Assembly: GCA_963813025.1 (NCBI GenBank)
Contig: CAWEXO010000011.1
Location: forward strand, 69,810 to 133,809
Direction of reading: 5' to 3'
Length of the DNA: 64,000 nucleotides
Source of the DNA: an uncultured Verrucomicrobiae bacterium
GTDB taxonomy: Bacteria; Verrucomicrobiota; Verrucomicrobiia; Chthoniobacterales; JAFAMB01
Below, piece by piece: positions 28,421-37,661 of the stretch. Below the pieces are notes generated by a model. That model was not told the DNA's origin. It made no database searches and saw nothing but the letters and a program-made list of their open reading frames with translations. Made by a program: the position numbers and the translations under genes. Position 1 is the first letter of the stretch; every line of letters begins with the position of its first letter.

Positions 28421-29918
28421 GTCTGATTAATTCTACCGGCCGCCCCTCCAATGCGCGCCCCGCGATCTCGACGTCGTCAAAAGGAATCGTGTGGTCGGCA
28501 AACTCCTGGTACTTCTCATGTCCTTTACCCGCGATCAGCACGATGTCGCGCGGCTCAGCCAAGGAAATAGCCCGGGTGATCGCCGTCTTTCGATCCAATA
28601 TTTTCTCGTACTGTTGGGAGCGAAATCCTCCTTCAATTTGTTTTAGGATACTCTCCGGTTCCTCTTTCCTCGGATTATCCGAGGTAATGATCGAGTAATC
28701 GGCATGTTGTTCAGCTGCCGCGCCCATCAGTGCTCGCTTGGCCCGATCGCGATTGCCGCCGCAGCCAAATACGACGATGAGACGATGAGGATTAAGATCG
28801 CGACAGGTGGCCAAAACGTTCATCAAGGCGTCGGGCGTGTGGGCGTAGTCGACAAAAACGTGAAACTGTCGCTTCGCCGGGACGACTTCCAGCCGTCCCG
28901 GCACTTGCGGCGCGCGCGAAAGCGCGAGTACAGCAGAGCGGAGGTCCAGGCCCAAGGCAGTTACCGTGGCCAAAGCAGCCAAGGAATTGTAAATGTTGAA
29001 TCGCCCGATCAAGGGTAAGCGGACGAGATAGCTCCGATCGCGGGCATCCAACTGATAGGAGGTGCCCGTCAGTTCAATCTTGAAGTTACTGGCCCGAAAC
29101 TCCGCGCGCGCCCCCATGCCGTAAGTCAGAACCGGAAGATCTCTCCCGAATCGGGCAACGAGCTGCTGCCCATAAGGGTCGTCCAGGTTGAGTATTGCGC
29201 AGCGTTGCTCCTTCCGGCTCTCGCACAAGCCGCTAAACAGGCCGGATTTGGCTTCAAAATAGTCCCGCATGTCCCGATGAAAATCCAGATGGTCCTGGGT
29301 CAGGTTGGTAAAGACTCCCGCGTCAAACTCAATCTCGCTTACCCGGTCTTGCGCCAACGCGTGCGAAGAAACCTCCATCACGACGTCGGAGCAGCCGGTA
29401 TCCCGGCACTGTGCGAGCAGATGCTGTAAGTCGAGAGACTCTGGCGTGGTTCTCTGCGCAGGGAGGATACGTTCGCCGATTTCGTAGTTTACCGTGCCGA
29501 GCAGACCTGACCGGTGGTTAGCTCGTTCAAGCAGATGTTTAATCAGGAAGGCCGTCGTCGTTTTCCCGTTCGTGCCAGTCACGCCAATCATCTGCAGCTT
29601 CCGGGACGGATTCCGGTAAAAAGCCGCGGCAATCGTCGCCAACGCCCGGCGAGAATCCCTTACCCGGATCACGGTGGCTTTGCCGGTAGCGGCCGTTTCC
29701 TGGGCAACGATCGCCACCGCTCCCCGGTCGATCGCGTGCGGAATAAACGAATGGCCGTCCGCGTGTTCCCCTCTCATCGCCACGAACAAGCCTCCGGGCA
29801 AAACGCTCCGCGAGTCGTAATAAATTCCCGAGATTTGCCGATCAAGGATCCCTGTAACCGACGTTGTCTCCAAACCTTGCGTTAATTCGGCCAAGTGCAT
29901 AAACGATCGATTACTCAC
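28410..29918 (-). CDS. murE: UDP-N-acetylmuramoyl-L-alanyl-D-glutamate--2,6-diaminopimelate ligase MurE
   Basis: GVTGTNGKTTT, DYAHTPDAL and DNPR motifs. Confidence 0.9.
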   Translation of the reverse strand: MSNRSFMHLAELTQGLETTSVTGILDRQISGIYYDSRSVLPGGLFVAMRGEHADGHSFIPHAIDRGAVAIVAQETAATGKATVIRVRDSRRALATIAAAFYRNPSRKLQMIGVTGTNGKTTTAFLIKHLLERANHRSGLLGTVNYEIGERILPAQRTTPESLDLQHLLAQCRDTGCSDVVMEVSSHALAQDRVSEIEFDAGVFTNLTQDHLDFHRDMRDYFEAKSGLFSGLCESRKEQRCAILNLDDPYGQQLVARFGRDLPVLTYGMGARAEFRASNFKIELTGTSYQLDARDRSYLVRLPLIGRFNIYNSLAALATVTALGLDLRSAVLALSRAPQVPGRLEVVPAKRQFHVFVDYAHTPDALMNVLATCRDLNPHRLIVVFGCGGNRDRAKRALMGAAAEQHADYSIITSDNPRKEEPESILKQIEGGFRSQQYEKILDRKTAITRAISLAEPRDIVLIAGKGHEKYQEFADHTIPFDDVEIAGRALEGRPVELIRHGS

Positions 29919-31671
29919 GCTTTAATCGGGCTAACGCCACCTTTTTTGTGGGTAGCGGCATCGGCACAGGTTCTGTCGGGGTGAGATCGAGGTAGCGAGC
30001 AGCTTTCTCGGCAATTCTTGCAAAGACCGGTCCCGCCACCAAACCCCCGTAAGCTTCTCCCGCTTTCGCGACCGGATCATCTAAAAGAACGAGCAGGGTA
30101 AACCTGGGATCGTCAGCCGGCATGAACCCGACAAAAGACACCACATACCTGCCGGGAAGATAGCCGCCGCGCGGATCGATCTTTTGAGCGGTCCCAGTCT
30201 TGCCCGCTACCGCAAAGCCGGGCACCGCAGCTTTCTGCGCCGTACCGTTTTTGCTGACGACGTCCTTTAAGGCAGCGACGATTTTACGGCTTGTTTCCCT
30301 CGAAACGACCTGTCGAACAACCTCTGGCCCGAACGAAGCGACGATCCTCCCGTCCGGATCCGTGACTTTGGAGAGAATCAACGGCTTCATCAGCTTGCCG
30401 CCATTGGCGACGGCCGACATGGCCATCACCGCCTGAAGCGGCGTCACCGCGACCGATTGCCCCATGGGTATGCGAGTAATATCCAACTTGTTCCAGCGGT
30501 AGGGCGGATTGACCAGTCCCGGAATTTCGCCAGTCATTGCTACCCCGGTCCTCTCGCCAAAACCGAACCGGCGTATGTATTCATAAAGCTTGGTGTCACC
30601 GAGTTGCAGCGCCAGTTTGGCTACACCGATATTGCTCGATTTTTCGAGGATCTGATGCACGCTGAGAATCCCCATCGGGTGCGCATCGCGGAGGACCCGC
30701 CCGGCATAAAGGAAGTGACCGTTCTCGCAAAAAACCTTCGTTTCCGGCGTGACCAACTTTTCTTCGATTACGGCGGAGGTAGTCACAATCTTGAACGTCG
30801 ACCCAGGTTCAACCATATCGACGATGGGCCGGTTTTTCGTTTGATCCGGCGAGGCGTTCCCGGGGCGATTCAGATCGAAAGTCGGCCAGCTGGCCATCGC
30901 AAGAATTTCGCCGGTCTGCGGCCGTACCATCACGGCGCTCCCATCCTTTGGTTTGTATTGGGCGCAAGCCGCCGCTAATTCACTCTCGACGATATCCTGA
31001 AGCCCTAAGTCGACGGTTAAAGTGATGTCGCAACCATCTTTGGCCGGCGTTTCCAGGCCTCGATACGGGACAATTTCGCGTCCAGTGCGATCACTCTCGA
31101 TATAACGGCTGCCGTCGGCCCCATGAAGGAATTCCTGCATCGTTTTTTCGATGCCGAGAACACCCCGATGGTCGTGATCGAGAAAACCCAAAGCCTGGGA
31201 CAGCATCGATCCATTCGGGTAGATACGAACGAAATCCTGTTCGAAATAGACGCCCCGGAGGTCTTGGTTCCGAAGGATCTCCTTTAACCGCTCAGCTTTG
31301 TCTTCCGGAACTTCTTTCTTGAGGACAATGTATTGCCGGCCGCTTTTCAGCTTTTCCGCGAGTTCCCGCGGATCCATTTCCAGCTGAGTTGCGATTGCCT
31401 CAGCCACAGCCAGTGGGTCCCGTACGTGCGAAGCATCGGCAATGACTGTTTTGACTGGTAAGTTCTCGGTAAGGCCTTCGTTCCGGATGTCTCGGATAAT
31501 TCCCCGCCTGGCATAGATAGTTTCTTTGTGAACGTGTTTTTCAGCGGCAAGCGCGGTGTACTCGTCGTGCTTCACGATCTGCAAATCGATCAGCCGAAAC
31601 GAGTAGACACTGAAAAGGCCGACCAATCCGAAGCAAATGGTGACGGCGCGCGCTTGTGCATCCCACCTCAT
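29911..31671 (-). CDS. ftsI: peptidoglycan D,D-transpeptidase FtsI (class B PBP)
   Basis: N-terminal TM helix, PBP dimerisation region, and STFK, SSN and KTGT motifs. Confidence 0.9.
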   Translation of the reverse strand: MRWDAQARAVTICFGLVGLFSVYSFRLIDLQIVKHDEYTALAAEKHVHKETIYARRGIIRDIRNEGLTENLPVKTVIADASHVRDPLAVAEAIATQLEMDPRELAEKLKSGRQYIVLKKEVPEDKAERLKEILRNQDLRGVYFEQDFVRIYPNGSMLSQALGFLDHDHRGVLGIEKTMQEFLHGADGSRYIESDRTGREIVPYRGLETPAKDGCDITLTVDLGLQDIVESELAAACAQYKPKDGSAVMVRPQTGEILAMASWPTFDLNRPGNASPDQTKNRPIVDMVEPGSTFKIVTTSAVIEEKLVTPETKVFCENGHFLYAGRVLRDAHPMGILSVHQILEKSSNIGVAKLALQLGDTKLYEYIRRFGFGERTGVAMTGEIPGLVNPPYRWNKLDITRIPMGQSVAVTPLQAVMAMSAVANGGKLMKPLILSKVTDPDGRIVASFGPEVVRQVVSRETSRKIVAALKDVVSKNGTAQKAAVPGFAVAGKTGTAQKIDPRGGYLPGRYVVSFVGFMPADDPRFTLLVLLDDPVAKAGEAYGGLVAGPVFARIAEKAARYLDLTPTEPVPMPLPTKKVALARLKRE

Positions 31672-32030
31672 TAGTTAAAAACGCGATTGGCAACGACTCT
31701 GAGTTCATTTTGAGCCGCCTCATGCCGCTGATTGAGGCGAACGACTTGTTCGCTCGCAATCGGCACCAGCCCGAGCGAGTTTTTTGTCAGCTTCTTTTCC
31801 AGAATCACTCGTGAACTGAGCGATGCGATCTGGGCTCGAGCGACTTCGTTTTCCGACCGCAATTCGGCCAGTTCACGTTCCAGCCGGCGCTGAATATCTC
31901 CGTACTGGTAGAGCTGGTTCTTCAGGTAAACATACGTCAGGCCGGCCAGAGCCAGGAGCGCCGTGCAAACGACGACGCGAAGAATCGAGGCCGCTCTGAT
32001 GGAATGGGTAATCTGCTTTTGTTTGTTCAT
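31671..32030 (-). CDS. ftsL: FtsL-like cell division protein
   Basis: 119 aa with a single TM helix followed by a coiled-coil (LERELAELRSENEVARAQI). It lies between rsmH and ftsI. Confidence 0.55.
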   Translation of the reverse strand: MNKQKQITHSIRAASILRVVVCTALLALAGLTYVYLKNQLYQYGDIQRRLERELAELRSENEVARAQIASLSSRVILEKKLTKNSLGLVPIASEQVVRLNQRHEAAQNELRVVANRVFN

Positions 32031-32998
32031 ACATCGATCCTCTCAATGGCGCGGAGCTTGGCACTGCGAGCCCGCGGGTTTTCCGAAAGTTCCTGCGCTG
32101 TGGGTTCGATGGGATGCGCAGTGATCAGCCGAAACCGGTAGCTCGGGTTCGGCCGCGGCTCCGGCCACTCCGGCCGGTCAATCCACTGCCGAGTGACCGA
32201 TCGGAAATAATTCTTCACGATCCGATCTTCCAGCGAGTGAAAGGCGATTATAGCGAAGCGTCCGCCGGGCCGGAGCAATCGGCTCAGGCTCGGCAGTGCT
32301 TGCTCCAAATGTTCCAACTCCCGATTCACCGCCAGACGCAACGCCTGAAATACTCGCGTCGCCGGATGCCGGGATCCCCTTCGGGGAATCACCTTCTCGA
32401 CTGCTCGGGCCAACTCGCCGGTAGTGGAGAATCGTTGAGAGATTCGGCTTTTCACGAGATATGCGGCAACCCGGCGCGCCTGTCTTTCTTCGCCGAGTTC
32501 AAAGAAGATGCGGACCAGGTCATCTTCTGACGATTCGTTGACGAGATCGGCCGCCGTCGGAAGGTTCGCCGACGGCGACATGCGCATGTCCAGAGGACCC
32601 TCATGTTGAATGCTGAAGCCTCGGCCGGGGCTATCGAACTGGTGCGACGAGACACCGAGATCCAGCAGAATGCCGTCAAGCGCTGAGACGCCAAGAGCGG
32701 GCAACCGGTCAGCGGTTTCCGCGTAATTCATTTCCACCAGCCGGATACGCTCCGAATAGGCGATCAGCCGAGTGGCCGCGGCGGCCAACGCGGCAGAATC
32801 GCGGTCTCCGGCAATGACCATAGCCCCGGCCCTGAGCAGCGCTTCAGTATGTCCTCCGCCCCCAACTGTCCCATCGAGGAAAATTTTGCCCGGCGCCGGT
32901 TGCAGCAGAGCTATAGTCTCCCGCAGCATCACCGGGCGGTGAAACGCAGGCTCTTGGCTGCTTGCTGTCATCGAGATCTCGTCAATTAAACTAATCAC
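32027..32998 (-). CDS. rsmH: 16S rRNA (cytosine1402-N4)-methyltransferase RsmH
   Basis: HRPVML, DGTVGGGGH, DLGVSSHQFD and FHSLEDRIVK motifs. An alternative ATG lies at 32971. Confidence 0.9.
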   Translation of the reverse strand: MISLIDEISMTASSQEPAFHRPVMLRETIALLQPAPGKIFLDGTVGGGGHTEALLRAGAMVIAGDRDSAALAAAATRLIAYSERIRLVEMNYAETADRLPALGVSALDGILLDLGVSSHQFDSPGRGFSIQHEGPLDMRMSPSANLPTAADLVNESSEDDLVRIFFELGEERQARRVAAYLVKSRISQRFSTTGELARAVEKVIPRRGSRHPATRVFQALRLAVNRELEHLEQALPSLSRLLRPGGRFAIIAFHSLEDRIVKNYFRSVTRQWIDRPEWPEPRPNPSYRFRLITAHPIEPTAQELSENPRARSAKLRAIERIDV

Positions 32999-33035
32999 TG
33001 CTGTTGTTCCTGTTCGACCTCTGCTCGTCGGCTTT

Positions 33036-33491
33036 TCAGAGGCCGATCATTCCTAAAACGTGTTTAAACGTGGGTGAATCGGCATCGAAGGCTGCTTTCC
33101 AATTGTCCGGGTTCCAGATTTCGAACCGGCTATGGCCACCCACAAGGACCACTTCACCCGTCAATTGCAGCGATCGGCAATGCTCCTCCGGGAGAACGAT
33201 CCGGCCCTGTTTGTCGCTCACGAGATGCTGAGCGCGGGAATAAAACTGCCGAATGAACTTTCGTCTTTCCTGCGGCCGTAATCGGGCGTCCTGTTCCACC
33301 CGTTCTGCCACCCGCTGAGTTTCCTCGGGCGGCATCACCATCAAACATCCGTTCTCCACGTCGGGAATGGCAAAGAACTCGTCTAGCTCCCCCCGCCGCC
33401 ACCGCGCCGGGATTGTGACCCGGTTTTTGGCGTCCATGGCGTGCCGAAATTCGCCGGCAAAAATGGGCTGGCTTGTCCGGGACGACTCCAT
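33036..33491 (-). CDS. mraZ: division/cell wall cluster transcriptional regulator MraZ
   Basis: Duplicated SpoVT/AbrB-like halves DAKNRVTIPARWR and DKQGRIVLPEEH. It is the first gene of the dcw cluster. Confidence 0.9.
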   Translation of the reverse strand: MESSRTSQPIFAGEFRHAMDAKNRVTIPARWRRGELDEFFAIPDVENGCLMVMPPEETQRVAERVEQDARLRPQERRKFIRQFYSRAQHLVSDKQGRIVLPEEHCRSLQLTGEVVLVGGHSRFEIWNPDNWKAAFDADSPTFKHVLGMIGL

Positions 33492-33521
33492 AGGTACAGC
33501 GTGGTCAGATTAACCATTTTA

Positions 33522-33547
33522 CCCCACTGCACCCCACTTGTATCCAC
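33522..33547 (-). promoter_or_regulatory. candidate MraZ operator: three direct GTGG(G/A) boxes at 10-bp spacing
   Basis: The minus strand reads GTGGAtacaaGTGGGgtgcaGTGGGg, 30-55 nt upstream of the mraZ start. This resembles the direct-repeat, roughly one-helical-turn operator architecture described for E. coli MraZ. Confidence 0.45.
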
Positions 33548-33600
33548 TTCGCTCTCTCCAGGTCAATTCTATTTTGCGCAAATTCCGCTTTCTTTTATTA

Positions 33601-33668
33601 TGGAGTGCGTGCGACTTGTCGCCGCTTTGAGACCGCGCGGAGCGCGGCGACAAGTCGCACGCACTCCA
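33601..33668. repeat. perfect 25-bp inverted repeat with an 18-nt loop
   Basis: tggagtgcgtgcgacttgtcgccgc (33601-33625) and gcggcgacaagtcgcacgcactcca (33644-33668). The loop contains the palindrome ccgcgcgg. Confidence 0.8.
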
Positions 33669-33827
33669 CGATGCCAGGCTAAAAAGACTGCGACAAACAG
33701 CTGACATTTTCCCTCTTTCGGTTATCTTCCAAGGGAAAATCCCCTGATCGGCCATCAATTTGTCAACTGATCAGCGGTTTTCTTTCTCCTCGTCTTCGGG
33801 CCTTTCTGTGTTATATTTCCGGCCTCT

Positions 33828-34151
33828 ATGGCTATTCAGAAGAAAAACGCTTTCTCTCGTCGCCTCCCTGACCTGGTCACCGAAGAATTGGTGTCAGTTC
33901 TGTCTCAAAAGAAATCCTTCGAATTCAAACAATTGTTTGAGATTGTGCACGAGAATCTCCGCCAGCGGAATGCGGCAAGTGGTGGCGAAGAAATGTTGCG
34001 TTTGCGCGCCTATGAGAAGCTGCAGAATCTGGTAGCCCGAGGGGCCGTGAAGAAGACCGGGAAGATTTACAAAGGCGATTCTTCCGCCTTGGCGGCGATG
34101 GTTGCGGCAAACACGGCTCAGGCGGCAGCCTTGGCTGCTTCGAAGTCCTAA
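33828..34151 (+). CDS. hypothetical small protein (107 aa)
   Basis: ATG start and a charged helical sequence with an Ala-rich tail. It sits directly upstream of nuoA. No recognisable motif. Confidence 0.45.
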   Translation: MAIQKKNAFSRRLPDLVTEELVSVLSQKKSFEFKQLFEIVHENLRQRNAASGGEEMLRLRAYEKLQNLVARGAVKKTGKIYKGDSSALAAMVAANTAQAAALAASKS

Positions 34152-34157
34152 CGACTC

Positions 34158-34535
34158 ATGCTCCGGGATTATCTCCCTATCCTGCTGCAGGTCATCGTCG
34201 CGATTGGATTCGCGGCTGTTGCTCTCCTGATCAGCGTCGTAGTCGGTCGTGTTGGGAAAAGAAATCCAACGAAAGACTCTGCTTACGAATGCGGGATGAT
34301 CCCGGTGGGCGAAGCGCAGCCGCGATTCAGTGTGAAATTTTACCTGGTCGCGATGCTTTTCATTCTTTTCGATATCGAGATCGTGTTTATGTACCCGTGG
34401 GCGGTGGTCTATCGGGATTACATCGCGCAGTTCGGCAGCCTGACCATCCTCAGCAGCATGTTCGGTTTCATTGCTATCCTGATGGTGGGGTTCGTCTACG
34501 CGATAAAAAAGGGCGCTCTCGACTGGAGAAGATGA
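34158..34535 (+). CDS. nuoA: NADH-quinone oxidoreductase subunit A
   Basis: YECGMIPVGEAQPRFSVKFYLVAMLFILFDIEIVFMYPWA is the NuoA/ND3 signature. Confidence 0.85.
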   Translation: MLRDYLPILLQVIVAIGFAAVALLISVVVGRVGKRNPTKDSAYECGMIPVGEAQPRFSVKFYLVAMLFILFDIEIVFMYPWAVVYRDYIAQFGSLTILSSMFGFIAILMVGFVYAIKKGALDWRR

Positions 34536-34647
34536 GAGGGGAAAAGGCAATAAGGCAGCGGAATTCGCCGGCGTAGCTGGAGCATTCCGCGCTGCTACGG
34601 CCTGCATCGCTTGCAAATGCCTGAGGATCTGCGAGCAACGCAGGCTC

Positions 34648-34917
34648 CTATCGAATCCGAAAGCCTTTCAGGTTCTCGTCGACTGGCACTTCTCGCCTCG
34701 TGAGACGGGCAATAAACGGCCGCAACGAGCTGGCCTGAATTTCGTCAACGAACGCCTCGACTTCCGCAGGCTCGCCTTGGACGTACATCTCGACTCGGCC
34801 ATCGAGCAGATTTCTGATCCATCCGCAGATGTCATATCCCTGGGCCAACTCTTTGACGCTGAACCGAAAACCAACACCCTGAACGCGACCTTCAAAAAGT
34901 ATGAGTTGCGCGATCAT
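34648..34917 (-). CDS. acyP: acylphosphatase
   Basis: 89 aa with GRVQGVGFRF and GWIRNLLDGRVE motifs. Confidence 0.85.
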   Translation of the reverse strand: MIAQLILFEGRVQGVGFRFSVKELAQGYDICGWIRNLLDGRVEMYVQGEPAEVEAFVDEIQASSLRPFIARLTRREVPVDENLKGFRIR

Positions 34918-34989
34918 TTCGATACGTAACCAAAATAAACACCGGGAACTAGCCCGAACTGCTCACGAATCCTCAGAGACTTGTGACCG

Positions 34990-35754
34990 ATGCTGGACCT
35001 TACTGAACTTCGAAACGATTATGCGCGCAGAATGCGATTCGCAATCTTCGGTGATATTCATGCGAATCTCGAAGCGCTTAACGCAGTTTTGGCCGATGCC
35101 AAAGATCAGGCGTGCACCGGCTATGTCTGCCTGGGCGACGTTGTCGGTTACAATGCCGATCCGAACGAATGTCTCCGCATCGTTCGTTCGATGAATTGTG
35201 CGGTGGTGAAGGGTAATCACGATGAATACGCCTCGACCGAAGAGTCACTCGATTCGTTTAATCCACTCGCCGAAGCGGCGATCCGTTGGACTCGGAAGAC
35301 GCTTTCGTCGGCGGAAAAGGAATGGCTCAACGGACTGCCGCTCGTCATGAAGGTAGCTGGATTTACTGCTGTGCATGCCAGCCTCGAGCAACCCTCCGAC
35401 TGGATCTATATCCTCAACCAAGCCGAAGCAGCGGCCAGTTTCGCCTACCAACAAACCCAAGTTTGTTTTGTTGGGCATACTCATTCACCCCGGGTTTACG
35501 TGCATAACCATTCGATCATCGGACAGCCACTCACTGTGGTCCGGCTTGAGCCCAAAAAATTTTACCTGATTAACGTCGGCAGCGTCGGTCAACCGCGCGA
35601 TGGCGACTGGAGGGCTTCATATGCCATTTTCGATCAACAATTTGGAAAAATCGCGCTGCGCCGTATCCCTTACGACATCACCCGAACCCAGGAAAAAATC
35701 TATCGTGCCGGGCTTCCGGGAAAATTAGCGGAAAGACTGTTGTTCGGCCGATGA
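34990..35754 (+). CDS. metallophosphoesterase (calcineurin-like, YfcE/MJ0936 type)
   Basis: FGDIHAN, LGDVVGY, GNHDE and GHTH motifs. Confidence 0.8.
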   Translation: MLDLTELRNDYARRMRFAIFGDIHANLEALNAVLADAKDQACTGYVCLGDVVGYNADPNECLRIVRSMNCAVVKGNHDEYASTEESLDSFNPLAEAAIRWTRKTLSSAEKEWLNGLPLVMKVAGFTAVHASLEQPSDWIYILNQAEAAASFAYQQTQVCFVGHTHSPRVYVHNHSIIGQPLTVVRLEPKKFYLINVGSVGQPRDGDWRASYAIFDQQFGKIALRRIPYDITRTQEKIYRAGLPGKLAERLLFGR

Positions 35755-36722
35755 GCGCCTTGGAGATTCTGATCATCAAACCGAGCTCGCTCGGAGACGT
35801 TTTGCATACGCTCCCTGCGGTTGCTGCACTCAAACAAACTTTTCCTCAAGCGTTGATTCGCTGGATCATCAACACCGAGTGGCAGGTTTTGCTCGATGGC
35901 AATCCGCATGTGGACCAGGTCATTCCCTTTCCCCGCAGACAATTTCGGGGAATTCGTGCTTTTCTTCGTTATTTGAGCTGGTGCCGATCACTGGCCGGGT
36001 TACGACCGGGCTTGGTTCTTGATTTTCAAGGTTTGCTGCGCAGCGCCTGGATGGCCCGGAGTTCGGGTGCGCAGCGGATCTACGGGTTGGCCGATGCGCG
36101 CGAAGGCGCTCGCATTTTCTACGATGGAGTCGCTCCGGTCAGGCGCGACCAGCATGCCGTGGAACGCTATTTGAGTCTTGCTCAACTGGCCGGCGCCGAG
36201 ACCGAACGGCCGCTTGATTTCCAGCTTCCCGCCGGAAAACCTTTCACGGCAGTTCCTCTCCCCAATCCGTTGGTCGTCTTGCATCCGTTTGCCCGCGGGA
36301 AAGGAAAATCACTGAGCCTCCAGGAAGTCACTCAACTGCGGAAGGCACTGCTTCCCCTCCAAACGGTTGTCATTGGTCGTGGCGCACCTACCCCCGGCGC
36401 ACCAGCAGATTCACTCTGGCTAGTCGATCAGACCGACATTGCCCAGCTCATTTGGCTGCTCCGCAAGGCCGATTTCGTCATCAGCGTCGACAGCGGTCCA
36501 ATGCATCTGGCCGCCGCGCTTTCCCACAAATTGCTGGCGATTCATTTCTGGAGCAATCCGGCACAAGTTGGCCCTTACCGAAAGGATGCGTTTATCTGGT
36601 ACAATAACCAGATTATCTCGTTTGCGCAGGTTTCCGGTGTTGCTTCCTCGCCCTACAACCGCCAGCGGCCATCTCCATTGAAAATCGCCGATTTTGTTCG
36701 CGCCCAGCTTGCACTAGGATAA
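35751..36722 (+). CDS. glycosyltransferase family 9 (LPS heptosyltransferase-like)
   Basis: ILIIKPSSLGDVLHTLPAV at the N-terminus and DSGPMHLAAAL near the C-terminus. Confidence 0.8.
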   Translation: MSALEILIIKPSSLGDVLHTLPAVAALKQTFPQALIRWIINTEWQVLLDGNPHVDQVIPFPRRQFRGIRAFLRYLSWCRSLAGLRPGLVLDFQGLLRSAWMARSSGAQRIYGLADAREGARIFYDGVAPVRRDQHAVERYLSLAQLAGAETERPLDFQLPAGKPFTAVPLPNPLVVLHPFARGKGKSLSLQEVTQLRKALLPLQTVVIGRGAPTPGAPADSLWLVDQTDIAQLIWLLRKADFVISVDSGPMHLAAALSHKLLAIHFWSNPAQVGPYRKDAFIWYNNQIISFAQVSGVASSPYNRQRPSPLKIADFVRAQLALG

Positions 36723-36730
36723 GAACTGGT

Positions 36731-37219
36731 ATGCCCTCTTTCGACATCGTTTCGGAAGTCGACCGTCAGGAGATTACCAACTCCCTTGACCAGTCGCGCA
36801 AAGAGCTGGCCACTCGCTTCGACTTCAAAGGAAGCAATGCCCGGATTGAGATAAAAAGTCCGGATCTGGTGGAGCTTCATGCGGAGGATGCCGCTCGCTT
36901 GAAATCATTACAGGAAATCGTGATCGGCCGAATGGCCAAGCGCTCGATCGATCTACGAAACATAGAGCGGAAAGACCCGTCGATCTCTCCCCTCGGGCAC
37001 GCTCGCCAAGAGCTGCGTATCAAACAAGGCCTCGACGGCGATACAGCCAAGAAAATCATCCTGGCGATCAAGGATCTCGACGTGAAAGTGCAGAGCCAGC
37101 TGCAAGACCGCCAGATACGCGTTACGGGAAAAAAGCGAGACGATCTGCAAGAGGTGATCCAATTCCTCCGCAGCCGCGATTTTGGGGTTGGTTTGAATTT
37201 CAAAAATTTCCGCGATTAG
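36731..37219 (+). CDS. yajQ: YajQ-family nucleotide-binding protein (UPF0234)
   Basis: MPSFDIVSEVDRQEITNSLDQSRKELATRFDFKG is the canonical YajQ N-terminus. Confidence 0.9.
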   Translation: MPSFDIVSEVDRQEITNSLDQSRKELATRFDFKGSNARIEIKSPDLVELHAEDAARLKSLQEIVIGRMAKRSIDLRNIERKDPSISPLGHARQELRIKQGLDGDTAKKIILAIKDLDVKVQSQLQDRQIRVTGKKRDDLQEVIQFLRSRDFGVGLNFKNFRD

Positions 37220-37235
37220 CAGTAACTCTGGGGTG

Positions 37236-37420
37236 CAGGAGTCCAGGAGTCGGGAGTTCAAGGAGTCAGAGTCGAGGAGGGCACTCCCGGGTAGTGTCGG
37301 CTTTTTTGTGTGTGGGTCGTTTGTTGCTTTGCCGTCTAACCTCCGGGCAAGTTGTTCTGAGGACGGCAGCTCGAGCCGGCGAGACCGCCCGACTCCGGAC
37401 TCCCGACACCTGGCTCCTTA
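37236..37420. repeat. octamer array (c/g)aGGAGTC x5 with an inverted partner, between convergent yajQ and moaD
   Basis: 37236-37280 reads caggagtc caggagtc gggagttc aaggagtc agagtc. 37388-37420 reads cccgactccggactcccgacacctggctcc and can pair with it. Confidence 0.45.
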
Positions 37421-37421
37421 A

Positions 37422-37661
37422 TCACCCCCCCTGCACCGGCGGCATCAGGGAGACTAGATCGTCCGGTTCGAGAGTGTCACTTCTGGAAGCGTACTCCTCC
37501 GCCACGGCGATAAGGAGGTGGCGGTCCCAGCCGCGCAGGCCAGGCACTCGTGCGAAGAGCTGCTCGAGCATTTCACCGATGGTGGCACCTTCGCGGACAT
37601 CCAACTCGCCCGGAGCCCCAAGCTCCCGCAGCGCTGAGAAATATTGCAGACGGACTCTCAT
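37422..37661 (-). CDS. moaD: MoaD/ThiS-family sulfur-carrier protein
   Basis: 79 aa with a beta-grasp-like sequence ending in the diglycine PPVQGG. Confidence 0.7.
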   Translation of the reverse strand: MRVRLQYFSALRELGAPGELDVREGATIGEMLEQLFARVPGLRGWDRHLLIAVAEEYASRSDTLEPDDLVSLMPPVQGG

